DNA of 64,000 nt from Cenococcum geophilum (lineage: Eukaryota), in contig CP158635.1 in the NCBI GenBank assembly GCA_050273025.1, positions 25,296,001-25,360,000 of the forward strand, in the 5' to 3' direction. The translations under genes and the position numbers were made by a program. Shown here piece after piece: positions 23,369 to 36,591 of this stretch. The stretch's first letter is position 1, and each line of letters opens with the position of its first letter. The notes beneath the pieces were generated by a model. It made no database searches. It was not told the DNA's origin and was given only the letters and a program-made list of their open reading frames with translations.

Positions 23369-25986
23369 CAGTAAGGTTTAAAATAAAATCTTATCTGATA
23401 AGATCAATAAATGATTTTATTTTCGTATTTGTTATTATTTTTATTAATTAGCTAAAAAAATAAAATCTCTTAGCAAACCACGCTTTACCTCGTCAAATAT
23501 TAAGAATTCTATTAATTATTATTCCTATTCTATCTTTATTGTATAGCATAATAGCTTCTAAAGTAGACTTATCTATCTTCTTATCTACTCTTAAATCTAC
23601 CGAGATTAAAGGACTAGAAGCTAGGGTACGCGGGCTATTAGACATCTCTCTCCACAAGTACACTTGGCCGCTATATAACTATAAACTAGAAAGATATAAG
23701 AAGAATAAGATCTATTACTGTAAATACTATATAGATCTACCATACGGCGGAAAATCTATAATAAATCTTCGAAATTACCTTAAAAGCAAGCATCAAATTA
23801 ATTGTCTAGTTAACGGCCTAGGCATTCATATAATAGTAAAGATGCGGCTTAAGGAGTTATACGAGAGGCTCTCAACTACTAATTAAGGAGAAGAAATTAA
23901 CTAAATTATACTCCGCAAAGTCCTTAATAAGGAGCTAGTTTATAAGGCTCTTATTTTATTAATTATTATATAACGTCTTCTATTCCAAATTATTAAGTAG
24001 CTAGAATTCTATATACTTTATTATATTCTTAATCCTTAGGTAGATAATATTATTATAACAGCTTATTCTAAAGTTAGTAAACTAATTAATACCTTCTAGC
24101 TCTCCTAAAAGGATATTATACGAGATAAGCTTTAGGCAGCAATATTAAGTATCTATATCTCGCTTAATATCTAGATATCTCTAAATAAATATCTTCTCCT
24201 TATAGTCTGCGCGCACTTTACTTAGTAGAATAAGTAGAAGCTTTTAAGGGCGCTTCTTGCTCTTTATATAGTATAATCTTATAGCAGCAAGGATTAATTT
24301 AGAGTTCTCCTTCCTGTCCTATAGGACTTTAGAGTTATATAATAGATTAGTACAATTATTTATAATAATGCTTCTATAAATAATACTCTCTATTATATAG
24401 TAGGTGCCTACCTAAAGAAAAAGGAGAAGATTAACTGGAATCCTATTTATCAACGTATCCACTATAACGGCTATATTATTAACCTCGTTATATAGGCTTT
24501 TCTCTTTAAGGACGTTATTAATATTAAGCAAATCTAGTTATATAAAGTAGAGGATAAAAGTGGAGATAAAATTAGTAAAGCACAGCTAGCTATTTAGAGG
24601 GATACGTTTCGTTATATAGGTGTCCTTAGCAAGCTTTATAACATTATCGTCCATATATAAAGTTCTGTAGGTCGTACAAAAGATATTAAGGCTTTTGCTA
24701 GAAGAAGAACTCCTTTTAATAATCGTATAAGATAGAATAGCTAGTTCTATATACTTAATATTACGCTCTAGAAGGATAGGGCGATTTATAAGTACTAGAG
24801 GAATTATTAGAACACCCTTAAAGAGGACGAGTTAACTAACTTAGACTAGGATACGCTTTATATAATATATAAGTTTCTCTAAATATTTTACGAAGTTACC
24901 CTTAGAACGCAAGGACATTAAGCAACAATTAACAGTATGCTAACTTTAATGGATACTCTTATTTAATACTTTAAAAATAGCCTTATATAACTCTTATTTC
25001 CCTTATTCTAGGAATTTATTAATCTTATAATAGGAATACTATAAAGCTAATAAGGATTTCTATAAGCATATCTACGCAGGCTAGCAAGTATTTAATAAGT
25101 ATTACCTTAAGTTAGACGATTCCCCCTTATACGCTACTATAATTATTCTTTACCTAAGTCGTTATATAAAGTATATTAAGTTAAACTAGGAAAAGAAATA
25201 GTAGAAGCCCGCGCTTAATAGGGTTAAGGCTCTCTAGGAGATAAAGTACAGAGGAGATAGTCCTTCTACCCTAAATACTACTATATTATATAATAAGATT
25301 CTAAAGCCAAAAGAGAATACAGACCATCTTAATAAGATTCTTAAGGACCTTTACCTTTTTACTTGGCTATAGAGCTAGAATAAATATAAGAACTATATTG
25401 CCGAGCCACTATGTCTAATTTCAGGGATATTAGCTCTTAATTAGTAGTGCTAGGATTAATAATAATAATAATAGCCGAGGCTCTTATTAATAGCGATTAA
25501 TATTCTATTAATACTAGCAATAAGTAATAAACTAGAGAGAGTTTTCTTAGGAGCACGTCGTACGATATCTTAGGAGAGGATGCAGCTTGGAGTAGAAAAT
25601 ATTGAGAAGGTAGAGTGCTCTAAGAATTGGTTACGGAGTGGAATCTTAAGTAAATAAATGTTACGGCGCTGGTGGAAAACGGTGGATTGTGGCGGATAAT
25701 CGCAGACAGTTTTATATAGTTGCAGTCACGTGACCAGATGATCGTATAAAACGTCAAGCGGCGCTGCCCTCCTTCTCCTTTCCTTTCTCTAGCTTTAGAT
25801 CCTCGTTAATAGACAATCCAATCATACAGGCTCGCATGCGTCTTCCTTGCTGTACTTATGCCTCGGTTAAGTCGCTAATAAAAAGGGCTCTCGGAAATTT
25901 TATTTTATTTTATTGGCTAAAAAATAAAATCCCGGTAAATGCCGATAATTTTATTTCCTCTGATTGGCTGATTTTAAACCACGCTG
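23369..25986 (+). mobile_element. hAT DNA transposon, complete ends, RIP-inactivated
   Basis: 8-bp TSD GCTGTTTT; TIR CAG...GGTTTAAAAT; degenerate BED finger (YYCKY...LKSKH), DNAS-like, CxxH-like, RWNS-like and dimerisation (ERVF...RRTI) motifs. Confidence 0.92.
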
Positions 25987-26247
25987 GCTGTTTTCTGTAT
26001 AGCTTCACGTTGTCCCTATGGTTAGATTTGAGCGTACGGAGCTCCTCCTTCTCCTCCTTATCTAGCTTATCTAGCTTCGTCTTCCCCCGGCTATTAGCAT
26101 CCTTCGGTAAGGCTCGAACAGGTTCTTTAAGCCTTGGTAACTCGGTCTTAGGTGTCAATAGATCAACATACTCCCAGAGACGATTGTTATAAACAATTTT
26201 GTCCTTAAAGCCAGCTGCCCTTCTAGATAGAGTAGGAAGGATTTAAA

Positions 26248-26462
26248 TATAAGGGGACTTTATAGATAGGGGGCTATAAGGACACGATTGTAGGAACAGA
26301 TAGATTGTGGAGGAGACGAATCCTTAAGGAGGTAAGGCCTCTAGGATCGTGGAGACTATATACTAGGGGCACGTGCCTCCGGCACGTGACCGACGGACGT
26401 CCGAGGGGTGTCCGGGGGTTGTCCTAAGGGCAACCCGAGGTACCGCAATAATATCCCTTACA
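26248..26462 (-). mobile_element. Inverted 5' LTR of the Gypsy element at 38580-44656
   Basis: Reverse complement of 44442-44656; outer flank GACGC is the rc of GCGTC at 44657-44661. Confidence 0.9.
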
Positions 26463-26732
26463 GACGCCTAGTAAGGCGATGCGCAATAGTAGAATAGGGT
26501 AATGCGTAAACGCCGGAGGCTTTGCGAATTGATGGCTCAACGCCTAATTCAACGTCTTGTATAGCTTTTTATATAGAGACTTTAGCTTTATAAGAACTTA
26601 ATTAGGGAAGGGATATATTAATTTGTACAAGGAATTTCGGGTTTAGGTGTAATTTAGTAGGGGAAGAAGAAGAGCGCGTACAAACGCGTATGTCTCGCTT
26701 GGGGAGGTGTCTCGCTTAGGGGGGTTTTACGT
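26463..26732 (-). mobile_element. 5' end of a Fot1/Pot-like Tc1/mariner transposon (inverted)
   Basis: TIR rc ACGTAAAACCCCCC...GAGACA with TA; encodes HTH SIRKASGVYALPYSTIAHRL, which continues in frame at 44657. Confidence 0.88.
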
Positions 26733-27185
26733 TATTTTAGGTTATTATAGTCTGTAAAGACTTTAATAGGATAATTACTTTCTTTATAATAATATCGCCG
26801 GTGCTTTATTGCTATAACTATCGTAAGTAGCTTCTAGTTATACGTTATATAACGCTGTTTTATAGGGGTTATTTTCCTTAACTAAAACGCCATAGGATGC
26901 TATTCTCTATTTTTAAATTAAGATATAATTGCCCCTAGGGCGAAGCCGGATATATCTATTTTAAGGTATATATATAGCTCCTAGTAGAAGTATATTAGAA
27001 TAGGCGCCGATATAAATAATTTTTTTAACCGTTCTATAGCCTGCTTAGTAGCTTCCCTAAATATAAAGGGTCCTATTTTCTTGCCGTTCTTAAATCCCTT
27101 TAGTAGATCGGTAATTAGAAATACCATTCGCGTATAGTAAATAATAAACATTTAGTAGAAGTTCACCGTGCCTAAGAAAACCTAC

Positions 27186-29566
27186 TGTCGGAATATATGG
27201 ACAGAAGTTATGTGGTTACGTGTCGTCGTCGTGTCTTTGATTAGTCACCCTTATGGTGACTAATTAACCCCCTACTTAGGCACCGCGATCCTTACGATCC
27301 TCTGCTTTTAACACCTATTAGACAAGAATCAATTCATCAGTTAATAGGCCAATTAAGTGCACTTGGGTGATACCGACATTGATCAATGGTCAACCTCACC
27401 GGTTGGCTATAGAGCAACAAGGTTCACTGCCGCCCCAGCAGCTTCGTTTGATCGCAAGCAGCATTCCAGTACCTAGCAGCAAAACCACACCAGCAGCTAC
27501 CTCAGCAGCATCCAACCTCAGCTAGCTTAGAATATATGACAAATACGCACGAGATATTCTACAGCACGCAAATCAATACCCAGCAGACCTCTTTGTTGAG
27601 CCTATCTGCATACTAGCTTTAACAGCACCCAACATCCAATAGCCCTCGGGCAGTACCCTAGCAGCTACCTCAGTAGCTACCCTAGTAGTACTACGGCAGC
27701 GCTCTAGCCGTACACAGTACACCAGCTTTAACAGCACCTAACATCCAACTACCTAACTGCTTTACGCAGTACCCCAGCGTAGCTACGCAACTCAGCAGCA
27801 AACTACTACCTAGTGTGCTCAGCATACAAATCAACACCCAATAGCCTTATGCAGTACCCCAGCATTATAGCAACCCAACAGCTTCGCGCAGTACCCAATA
27901 CCCAATAACCCAACAGCCTTGCGCAGTACTCTAGTGTAGCGACGCGCCTCGGCACGTAGCAACGCACCTTAGCAGCGTCAGCAGCATCCAATACCCAAAT
28001 ACCCAGCAGCTCCAGCAGCAACCCAGCAACCTAGCAGCATTAGCAGCATCTAAATACCCAGCTTCCTACCGGGCAAGCAATTAGCTCCAGAAGAGCACCC
28101 TATACAAGCTCGACACCCTGCCACGTCGAAATTACGTTAATAACGCGCTCTCCAGCCCCCCTGCTCCTCCGTTAGCATTCGCAGCAGTTACCAGCGCGCC
28201 CTCATCTTACGACAATTCCAGCTCTGCCAGACTCTCAAAGTTCTGCCAGCACGCTATACCTACAATCCCGACACTGTCTGCTACCTTCCTTGCAGATCTG
28301 CCACGTCGAAAACCACGTCCAACAGCGCGCCCGTAACGCCAGCGCGCCCCCCCCCCCCCCCTCTGTCCTCTGCCCCCTGCCCTCTACTAGCATCTATAGC
28401 AGCTACGAACCCTTAATATGGCACAACAGCTCCCTAAAGGATGGAAAAGCGGGAACTGCTCAACTACTGGACGACCTTATTATATCAACATCTATAACAA
28501 CAAAGCCCAATAGGAGTTTCTAACTACAACCGCTTATTAGATACAAATTTAGGATATATAAAACACAATTAAGCGACAACAAGATGAGATTCGTCAAGTA
28601 CGGAGTAGAGACGTAGAGATACGAACTAGGCAACAAAAAGAGATCCATAAGCTACGAGCTCTTCTTAAAAAAACAGTAAAAAGAGATCCAAGAGCTACAA
28701 ACTAAGCAAGCTCCGCCAGCTTCACCCTCTTCGTTAACTAAAGCTAAGGAGCCACGGCAGCCAAGCTCGTATAAACCTCCGCAATCTCGAACCTGCAAAA
28801 AGTGCTCTACTACATTCCCCTCAGGTTAAGCGCTCTTTAGACATTTGCCAGATTGTCAACCATTTCAGTGTACTAAGTACGGATCTACGTTCCCCTCGAA
28901 TACTACTCTCCATAAGCATATTCGGGGGTGTCGTCGTACGAAGGATGTAAACGGGAAGATAGAGGATTAGTTTCAACAAGAATTCGTGCCGACACGCCTA
29001 CGAATACGACCCCGTTGCTGGCATTATACTGCCACCCGAACGACCCTGTCGCTGGTACCGTACTACTACCCGAACGAACAGACCCTCTACTGCTCCTGCC
29101 TGCAGTAACCCAATTAACCTCTAGCTGCTCTGCCTGCAGCTAACCAACGCCTTGCTGCCCTGCCTGCAGCACCACATTAACTTTTGGCTGCTCCGCCTGC
29201 AGCTGACCCCCATTCGACCGTCGCTGCTCCCCCTATAGCAGACCTACCCTTGCTGCCTTGCCCGCAGCCGACCGACAACTTACTGCTTCCACCTCCAGCT
29301 AAACCGACGCCTTGCTACCTTGCTGCCTTGCTACCTTCCTGCAGCACCATAAGCATAAAGAAAGAACTGCCAGTGTCGGAATATATGGACAGAAGTTATG
29401 TGGTTACGTGTCGTCGTCGTGTCTTTGATTAGTCACCCTTATGGTGACTAATTAACCCCCTACTTAGGCACCGCGATCCTTACGATCCTCTGCTTTTAAC
29501 ACCTATTAGATAAGAATTAATTCATTAGTTAATAGGCCAATCAAGTGCACTTGGGTGATACCGACA
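27186..29566 (+). mobile_element. Non-autonomous LTR element (2.38 kb), lightly RIPed, same lineage as 14262-16733
   Basis: 193-bp LTRs 27186-27378 and 29374-29566; TSD CCTAC; purine tract AAAGAAAGAA before the 3' LTR; leader and 3' UTR homologous to the 14262 element. Confidence 0.92.
28418..28970 (+). pseudogene. WW domain + coiled coil + two C2HC-type zinc fingers (~183 codons; RIP-type stops and one homopolymer frameshift)
   Basis: MAQQLPKGWKSGNCSTTGRPYYINIYNNKAQ*EFL; Q/E/K heptad-like segment; CKKCSTTFPSG*ALFRHLPDC and CTKYGSTFPSNTTLHKHIRGC. Confidence 0.8.
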
Positions 29567-30464
29567 CCTACACTTCTCTAAATATTATGGGGTAGGGTTA
29601 TTCCCTAATAGCGTCTACCTAGCTTTTCTCTATTAATATTTCATGAACGCTAATAATAAAGCCTAGAAAATTAATGCTAGTAGTATAAAACGTGTATTTT
29701 CTTGGGTTTATATAGAGCTTATATTTGTATAGTCTTTCTAGTATTATTATATATAGTGCGTATATGCTTTATAGTTATTACAGCAGACTATAATGTTATT
29801 AAGGTAGACTATATATATCGTGTCCAATAGGCCTAACAATGCCTTATTAATATAGGCCTAAAATATCACTATTGTGTTAGTAAGCCCGAATGGCATTACT
29901 AAGCACTTAAAGTAGCCGTACCGTGTTTAGAACGCCGTTTTCCACTTATCGCCGGCTTTATTCTAGATTTAATAGTATATATCTTTTAGATCTAATTTTA
30001 TAAATATTTTTATACCTAACAGCCTATTAATAAGCTCCCCTATTAAGGGTAGCGGGTAGTAATTCTTTATAGTAATTCTATTTAGCGCCTAATAGTTAAT
30101 ATAGAGATAAAGGGTCCCGTCTTTCTTAGATATAAATATAAGTAGTGCCCCTACCGGGCTTATAGAAGGCTAAATCTATCCTCTTTAAAGATTATCCACT
30201 ATATATTAACGTAATACCGCCAGCTTATTTTTTAATAAGTTATATAGTAGTCTAAAAGGAGGTTGCTTATCCTCTATATCTATCTTATACTTAACTAATA
30301 TAGGGTTAGGCAAGGTTTATACAGCCTCTTTATTAGAAATATCCTCTAAGTCTATATATTTCTATAGAATCTCTAATTCCTTAACTATATATAGCTGGAC
30401 ATCTAAAAATAAATACCCTATATCCTTATTTTTTGTATTAAGAGTAGTATATATAGTATATGCC

Positions 30465-33400
30465 TGTTAACAACTTAGTTAATTAAGGCACGGACATATT
30501 AAGAGAGATGTGTAAGCCTATACGATTGGATTATCTATAAATAAGGATCTAAAGCTAGAGAGAAGGAAAGGAAAAATATAAGTAGCACCGCTTGAAGTTT
30601 TATATAATCTTTAAGTCACGTGACTATAGTAGTCTGCTAAGTTCTACCAAGTGCTGCTAAGTTCTACCAGTGCCGTAATATTACCCCCCCCTTCTCTAAA
30701 AAGCCTACCCTTAGGCTTTATAGTCCGTATTATACCCATAGGGTGTTCTTATCTTTGTACTCTTCTAGTAGCTTATTGTCTTTACTATACTAGCATTCCA
30801 TCCATTTGTCTAGGTATTTTAGCAATCTAGGTTTATTAAAGTAACGACTATAGAACTTCTAAAGCTTATGGGGACTACCTATAAAGTTCTATATTGGGTA
30901 CTAAGTGGGGTCTAGGTTATATCCTTTCCAACTAATACAATACTTTAGCGTTCTCCTTATAAGTTTATAGGCTAGTATTTCTTTAATTTCCTATTTATTA
31001 TTACTATTAACTTACATCAGTAGAGGCAGTTTATTCTTTTATCCTAGTAATAGGTCGTTTATAGCTTTCTATAGCTTATCTATTAAGATGATAGGGTAGA
31101 CCTTAATTAAATCTGGGAGCTTTACTTTATATAAGTTGCCTATCTTCTTAAGGACCTTATATAGTCCTACTATCTAGTAGTCTAGCTTACGGCTAGGCCG
31201 TTCTATTTTTTAGTTCTTTGTTATAACCTAGACTATATCGCCTATAGTAAAGTTAAGCTCGCGTCTATACTTATTCGCCTACTGTTTTATTAATTTCTAG
31301 GCTTTTTTTTTTAGATTTATACGCGCTACTGTCTAGGCTTCTTCTAAGCGCTTAGCGTACTACTAGGCTTCCTTATAGGACAGTTTTTCGCGTATAGTCT
31401 GGTGTTCTTTTGGGTTTTTCTAGTTAAAGCTTATATAGGGTAAGTAGCCCATTTTTAGTTAAATAGGGGCAAACCTAGTAGAGTTGTGGGGTAGGGTCGC
31501 TTGGGTATAATCTATTAGGGGTAGCAGTTTAGCCTAGTTATTCTAAAAGTAGTTAATAAAAGGCCGGAGTCTCTAGTCTAAATATTAATTTATAATCTCC
31601 GTCTAGCTATTAGTCTAAGGGTGGTATATTATAGAGAGCTTTAGTCTAATATATAAGATCTAGGTAAACTTATTCTAAAAGGCTAATATAAATTACGGCC
31701 TATAATTAGATACGATAGTATCTAGTAGTCTATAAATTTGGTAGACGTAGTAAATATATAGTTAGGCCACCTCTTTACTATTAATATTCTTATAATAGGG
31801 AATTAAAAACAGGCGCTTATTAAAGTAGTTAACTAGAATTATAACTATATTATATCTATTACGGTTTATAAGTAGCTTATAGAAATTTATAAAGATATAT
31901 TACTAAGGGCGTTCTAGTATCGGGAGTGGTTTTAATAGTCCTAGGGTTTTGTTTTGGGGGATTATAGATCTATAGTAGCCGTCGCAGTTCCATACGTAAC
32001 GGTTAATATCTATAACTATTCTGGGCTAGTAGTAATAGTTACTAGTAATCCCATAAGTCTTATTCTTTTTAGGGTAGGCCGTACAGACCTAGGTATATGC
32101 TTTAGCAATAATCTAAGTCGTTCTGTTCCTCTACTACTACTAGTTATTTACAGTGCTTAAGTAGTCCGTTTTTAACGGACTATAGGCTTATTATATCTTT
32201 TATCTTTTTATAGGACTCCTATAGAGAAGGGGCCGTATAGTTTACCTACAGCAGTTTATTAATAAGATTAAGTTCTATAGAGTTAATATGGTATATCTTG
32301 GCGTTTAAAGAGTCTGTATTTAGTTCTACCCATATCTAAGAGTTAAGTTGCTCTAGTTATAGTAGCATTTAGGTCTATAATAAGATCTTTACAGCTATCT
32401 AGTTGTCTAGGTCCTGTCTACGCCTTATAAAAGCGTCTGCACGGTTTAGAGCGCCTAGCCTATATATAATTAAGAAGTTAAACTAAGATAGGATATCCGC
32501 CTATTGCGCCTGCCGGGCTATAAGGGTTTTTATTATTATAAAATATTCTAAGGCCTAGTAATCTAAAACTGCCTAGATAGGTTTAGGGGTCCCTTCTAGC
32601 TATACTCGCTAGTGCTAAAAGCTAGAGATAATAGCTAGTATTTTCCTATCGTAAATTAGGTAGTTTAGCTTAGTATCTACTATAGTCTTTAAGTAGTAAG
32701 CAATAGGGTACTATTCTCTATCCGTCTACTTCTAGGAATAAATGCTAGTAATAATACTATCTAAAAGATCGGTTTCTAATATTAAGGGCCGTTTTAGATT
32801 AAAGTGGGCAAGTAAGGAAGCGGACACTAGTCGTTTCTTAAGCTTATTAAAGGCCTACCTATATATAGTATTAAAGTAGAAGGGCTGGTCCTTTTAGGTA
32901 AGGCGGCTAAGGGGCTAAGTAACCCTACTATAGTTCTTAATAAAATATTAGTAGAAGTTATAGAAATCTAAGAATAACTATACCCCCTTTACGGTCCTTA
33001 GAGGTACCTACTGGTTAATTATAGCCGTCTTTCTAAGTCTGCCTTAATTCTATCTATACTAAAAATAAACCCTAGGTACTTTATATGCTTAATACTAATT
33101 TCTAATTTCCTAATATTAACCTAGGGGCTAGCCTTATAGAGCCGTTATAGGACTTTATAGATATGCTCCTTATGTTTTAACTTATTCTTAGAGTAGATTA
33201 TAATATTATCTAGGTAAGCCGTATAGATATTATTAAGGTAGTTAAAGAGTATATTATTTATATATCGCTAGTATATAGCCAGTCCATTAGTTAGTCTAAA
33301 ATGAAACACTTTATATTTATATAATTTGTAACGGGTTTAAAATATGGTAAGATCTATAGATCTAGGGCTTATCCTAATTTAGTAAAAAGCCTAATAGATA

Positions 33401-36400
33401 TTAAGCTTTATAAAAACCTTAGCTCTACTTATTTAAGCTAGTGTTTTATTAAGTAGAGGTCGCGGATAGCGGGTAGCGGTTCTTGTTTGTTATATTATTT
33501 AGCTTATAGCAGTTAATATAGAAACAAAGTCCTCCATTTAGCTTTTTAATAAAGAGAATTAGTACGGTAAAAGGGGCTTAACTAGGCTTAATAAATCCCT
33601 TATATAGATTATTAATAAGGTACTACTTAGTAGCCTATAATTTAGTAATAGATTACTAACAAAGGGGGGTATAGCTAAGGGAGTTTTCCTTATCTGGCTT
33701 AATCTTGATCTTGTGGTTATACGGTTAGTAAGGCGGGAGTAGGTCTAATGCGGCCTTAGAGAATACGTTTTTAAACTTCTAGTGTTAATAAAGCAGTTTC
33801 TATTCTACTAGCTCCTTATCTATAAGCTTACTTTCCTTTCTACTAAGCTAGTTATAGGTCAAAGCCTTCTTATCCTTAATTATTTAATTAATTTCGTATA
33901 AGCTGGTTGTAAAGGTAATAGTATTAGGCTAGATTAGGTTCTAGTAGAATCCTACGGCGCCAATATAGTAGATATTAACTAGTGGGAGGTCTATAGGTTT
34001 CTTTATAGACCTTTATTAGGCTATGTTTTACAATATAGGGTTTATAATCTTCCTTACCTTATATTCTATTTTCCGTAAGTTATCCTTCTAGTTAATAAGT
34101 TTAGTATAGCATCTGGTATTCCTAGCTTTCCTTTAAGGCTATATAGGGCCTAAGTTCTCCGTGGAGGGCTTAGCTAGGGCACTACTAACTTTTTAGGTCT
34201 CTTGTGCAGGTGGCGTAATATAGGTAATCTGGAGGCGGCGTAGTATACGGATCCGTTGCGGATTAAGCTGTATATCTTTCTTAAAAGCCTAGTCCCTATA
34301 TATAGTATTGGCCTAGTAACTAGTATTAATCTAGGGCCGTATAAGGTTTTCTATTATAATACTAATTTCTTTTATAAAGGAAGGGGTTAGGGTAGGGTTT
34401 CGGGCCAGATAAGCCATCTACTCTATATATTAAGCTGTAGGCCTAAATAGGCTATCTATTTTCTCCCTAAGATTATATTATAGCTTCTTAGGTCTATAAT
34501 AAGAAAGGGGATATTATACTACCTCCGTCCGTTAATATAGAGGTAGATCCGCAAGATAGTTATAATAAGTGGCCCTATCTATCCGTTATACCCGCGAATA
34601 GTAATTAGTTTAGGCAGTTCTTTAAGGGGTATATTTAAAAAGTTAGCCAGCTTTATAGTGTACTAGGTATCTATTAAAGTAAAGGTATTTACTCTAGAGT
34701 TAGCTAAAGTAGAGGTTAAAACTTAATATCTATTGCGGAATAAAGTATAAGGAATAGTACAGCTTTTTTTACTAACTAGCCGACGTAGATTAATATATAA
34801 TATATTAATCCCTTTTAACCCTAAAGAGGAGTCTTTCTCTAGGGTTCCTCTTTTTCTAACTTTATGCCATCCTCCTAAATTAATAAAACTTTATTTACTT
34901 TTGCCTTTATTAGGCAGTCCCTTATAGGGTGGCCTTTTTAACCGTATAAGAAGTAAGCTCCTTAATTACTAAGGGCCTATATATAGAGTTTGCTATATAT
35001 AGGCCAGGTATGCACTAGATCTATAGCAGGACTAGCTATACGGCTTTCCATTAGATTACCTGCGGGCTATACGGCTGGTACTATAGGAGTTACGGGTTAT
35101 ACTAGGGCATTGCGGGCCGTTCTTATATTACTTATAGTCTAATTTAGGGGGTTTTGGGCTCTTAACCGCTTAATATATACCTTAATTTAATAGAGGCCTT
35201 AGTTAATAGCTAGGTATTAGTCTATAAGCTCCTTTAATGTCTATATAGTAGTAAAAATGGGTAGTACGGCCTATTGTAGGTCTAGGGTAAGTTTGTTAAA
35301 GAGGTCTGGTAGTAGGTCTTCCTAGGGAATTCGGGCGTAGCCGGCTAAGTGTAAAAAGTAGGTCTGGAAGGCCGAAAAGGTCTCCGTTGTTTTTATGTTT
35401 AGGCTTTTATAATTAAGGCGGGCGTTCTATATCTTAAAGGGGTCCTTATAAATAAAGGATAAGTAGTTAATTATTTCTTCTTTAGAGATAAAGGGGTTTA
35501 CTAAGTTCTTAGTGTATTGCGGCCGTAAGTGCGTCTGGGTGGCCCTGCCGGTATAGCTAAAGACATAAGCTATTCTAGCTTGGAGAGTAGGAAAGTAGTT
35601 AGTATTAACTTCGAGCTTTTCCTATAATTGGAGCTTCAGTTATTAAATATAGGGTTTATTCCATCCGTAACTAACGGGGGGTCTATAACCTTTACTAATT
35701 GTAACAGTACTATATAGGTCTTAGAGGATCTACTAAGGCGCTATAATAGGGCCAATAGGACTATAGCAGGTCTCTAGGTATCTAATAATAGCTTATTATT
35801 AGATATAGGGGTATCTCTAGCTTTAAGCAGCTCTCGCAGTCGTTTAATTTTAGTATTAGCGGCCGTAAGCTCCGCCTAGGGGGTCTAGATAGTAATTGTT
35901 TTATTAGAGGTATTTAAGGGTCCTACGGCTGCTTTACCGGCTGCTGTGTTTCTTGGCATAGTGGTAGGGGGTTAGGTAATTCCGGGTAATTTCTTTAGGG
36001 GTTCTAGTCTGTACGTGTTTAGTTCTTAATATTCTATTTATATTCCGTTCGTATTCTTTTTTATTATTATATTGTATATATCCTTTTAGTTCTATCCTGT
36101 CCTTAGGGTCCTATTCTATTCTTGTCCTATTTATAGTCTATAGATATATTTAAGTTCCTTTTTAGGAAGAAGAGTTATAATAAGCTTTAGATAATATTAG
36201 CGACTTAGTTAATTGAGACACGGACATATTAAGAGAGACGCATAAGCCTATACGATTGGATTGTCTATAAACGAGGATCTAAAGCTAGAGAGAAGGAAAG
36301 GAAAAAGACAAGTAGCGCCGCTCGAAGTTTTATACAATCTTCGAGTCACGTAACTACAGCTGTTCTGCCAAGTTCTGCCGAGCGCTACCAGTTGTCAGAT

Positions 36401-36591
36401 AACTCATATAGAGCTATTCATTGATGAAATGGGTTGATTGATTAATAATCTTAATCGTTTCTTGATGGTTGCTTGACCTAGGGCCCCTGGGCTTAGACGA
36501 AGATATTTACAATGCACGTAACCCGTGCACGTGACTCGTGCACGTCCTACGCCTCCGATAATACAGATTATCTGACACCAGTGCCATAACT
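30465..36591 (-). mobile_element. Full-length Ty3/Gypsy element, RIP-inactivated
   Basis: LTRs 30465-30680 and 36195-36591; TSD ATGCC; PPT rc at 30681; gag start ~35960, RT ~33000-33650, integrase ~31500-31900, chromodomain ~30880-31000. Confidence 0.92.
36393..36577. mobile_element. Solo LTR nested in an LTR
   Basis: TGTCAGATAA...TTATCTGACA; TSD CCAGT. Confidence 0.9.

Larger units (their letters stand above)
14129..26200 (-). mobile_element. Ty1/Copia LTR retrotransposon, RIP-inactivated, three nested insertions, 5' end lost
   Basis: 3' LTR split 14129-14261 + 16739-16866 (TGTTGAAC...GTTAACA) with PPT rc at 16867; RNase H/RT ~17000-18500, integrase ~19250-19850, protease ~22470, gag 22600-23360 + 25995-26200 (LWEYVD...ELPRLKEP). 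Confidence 0.85.
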
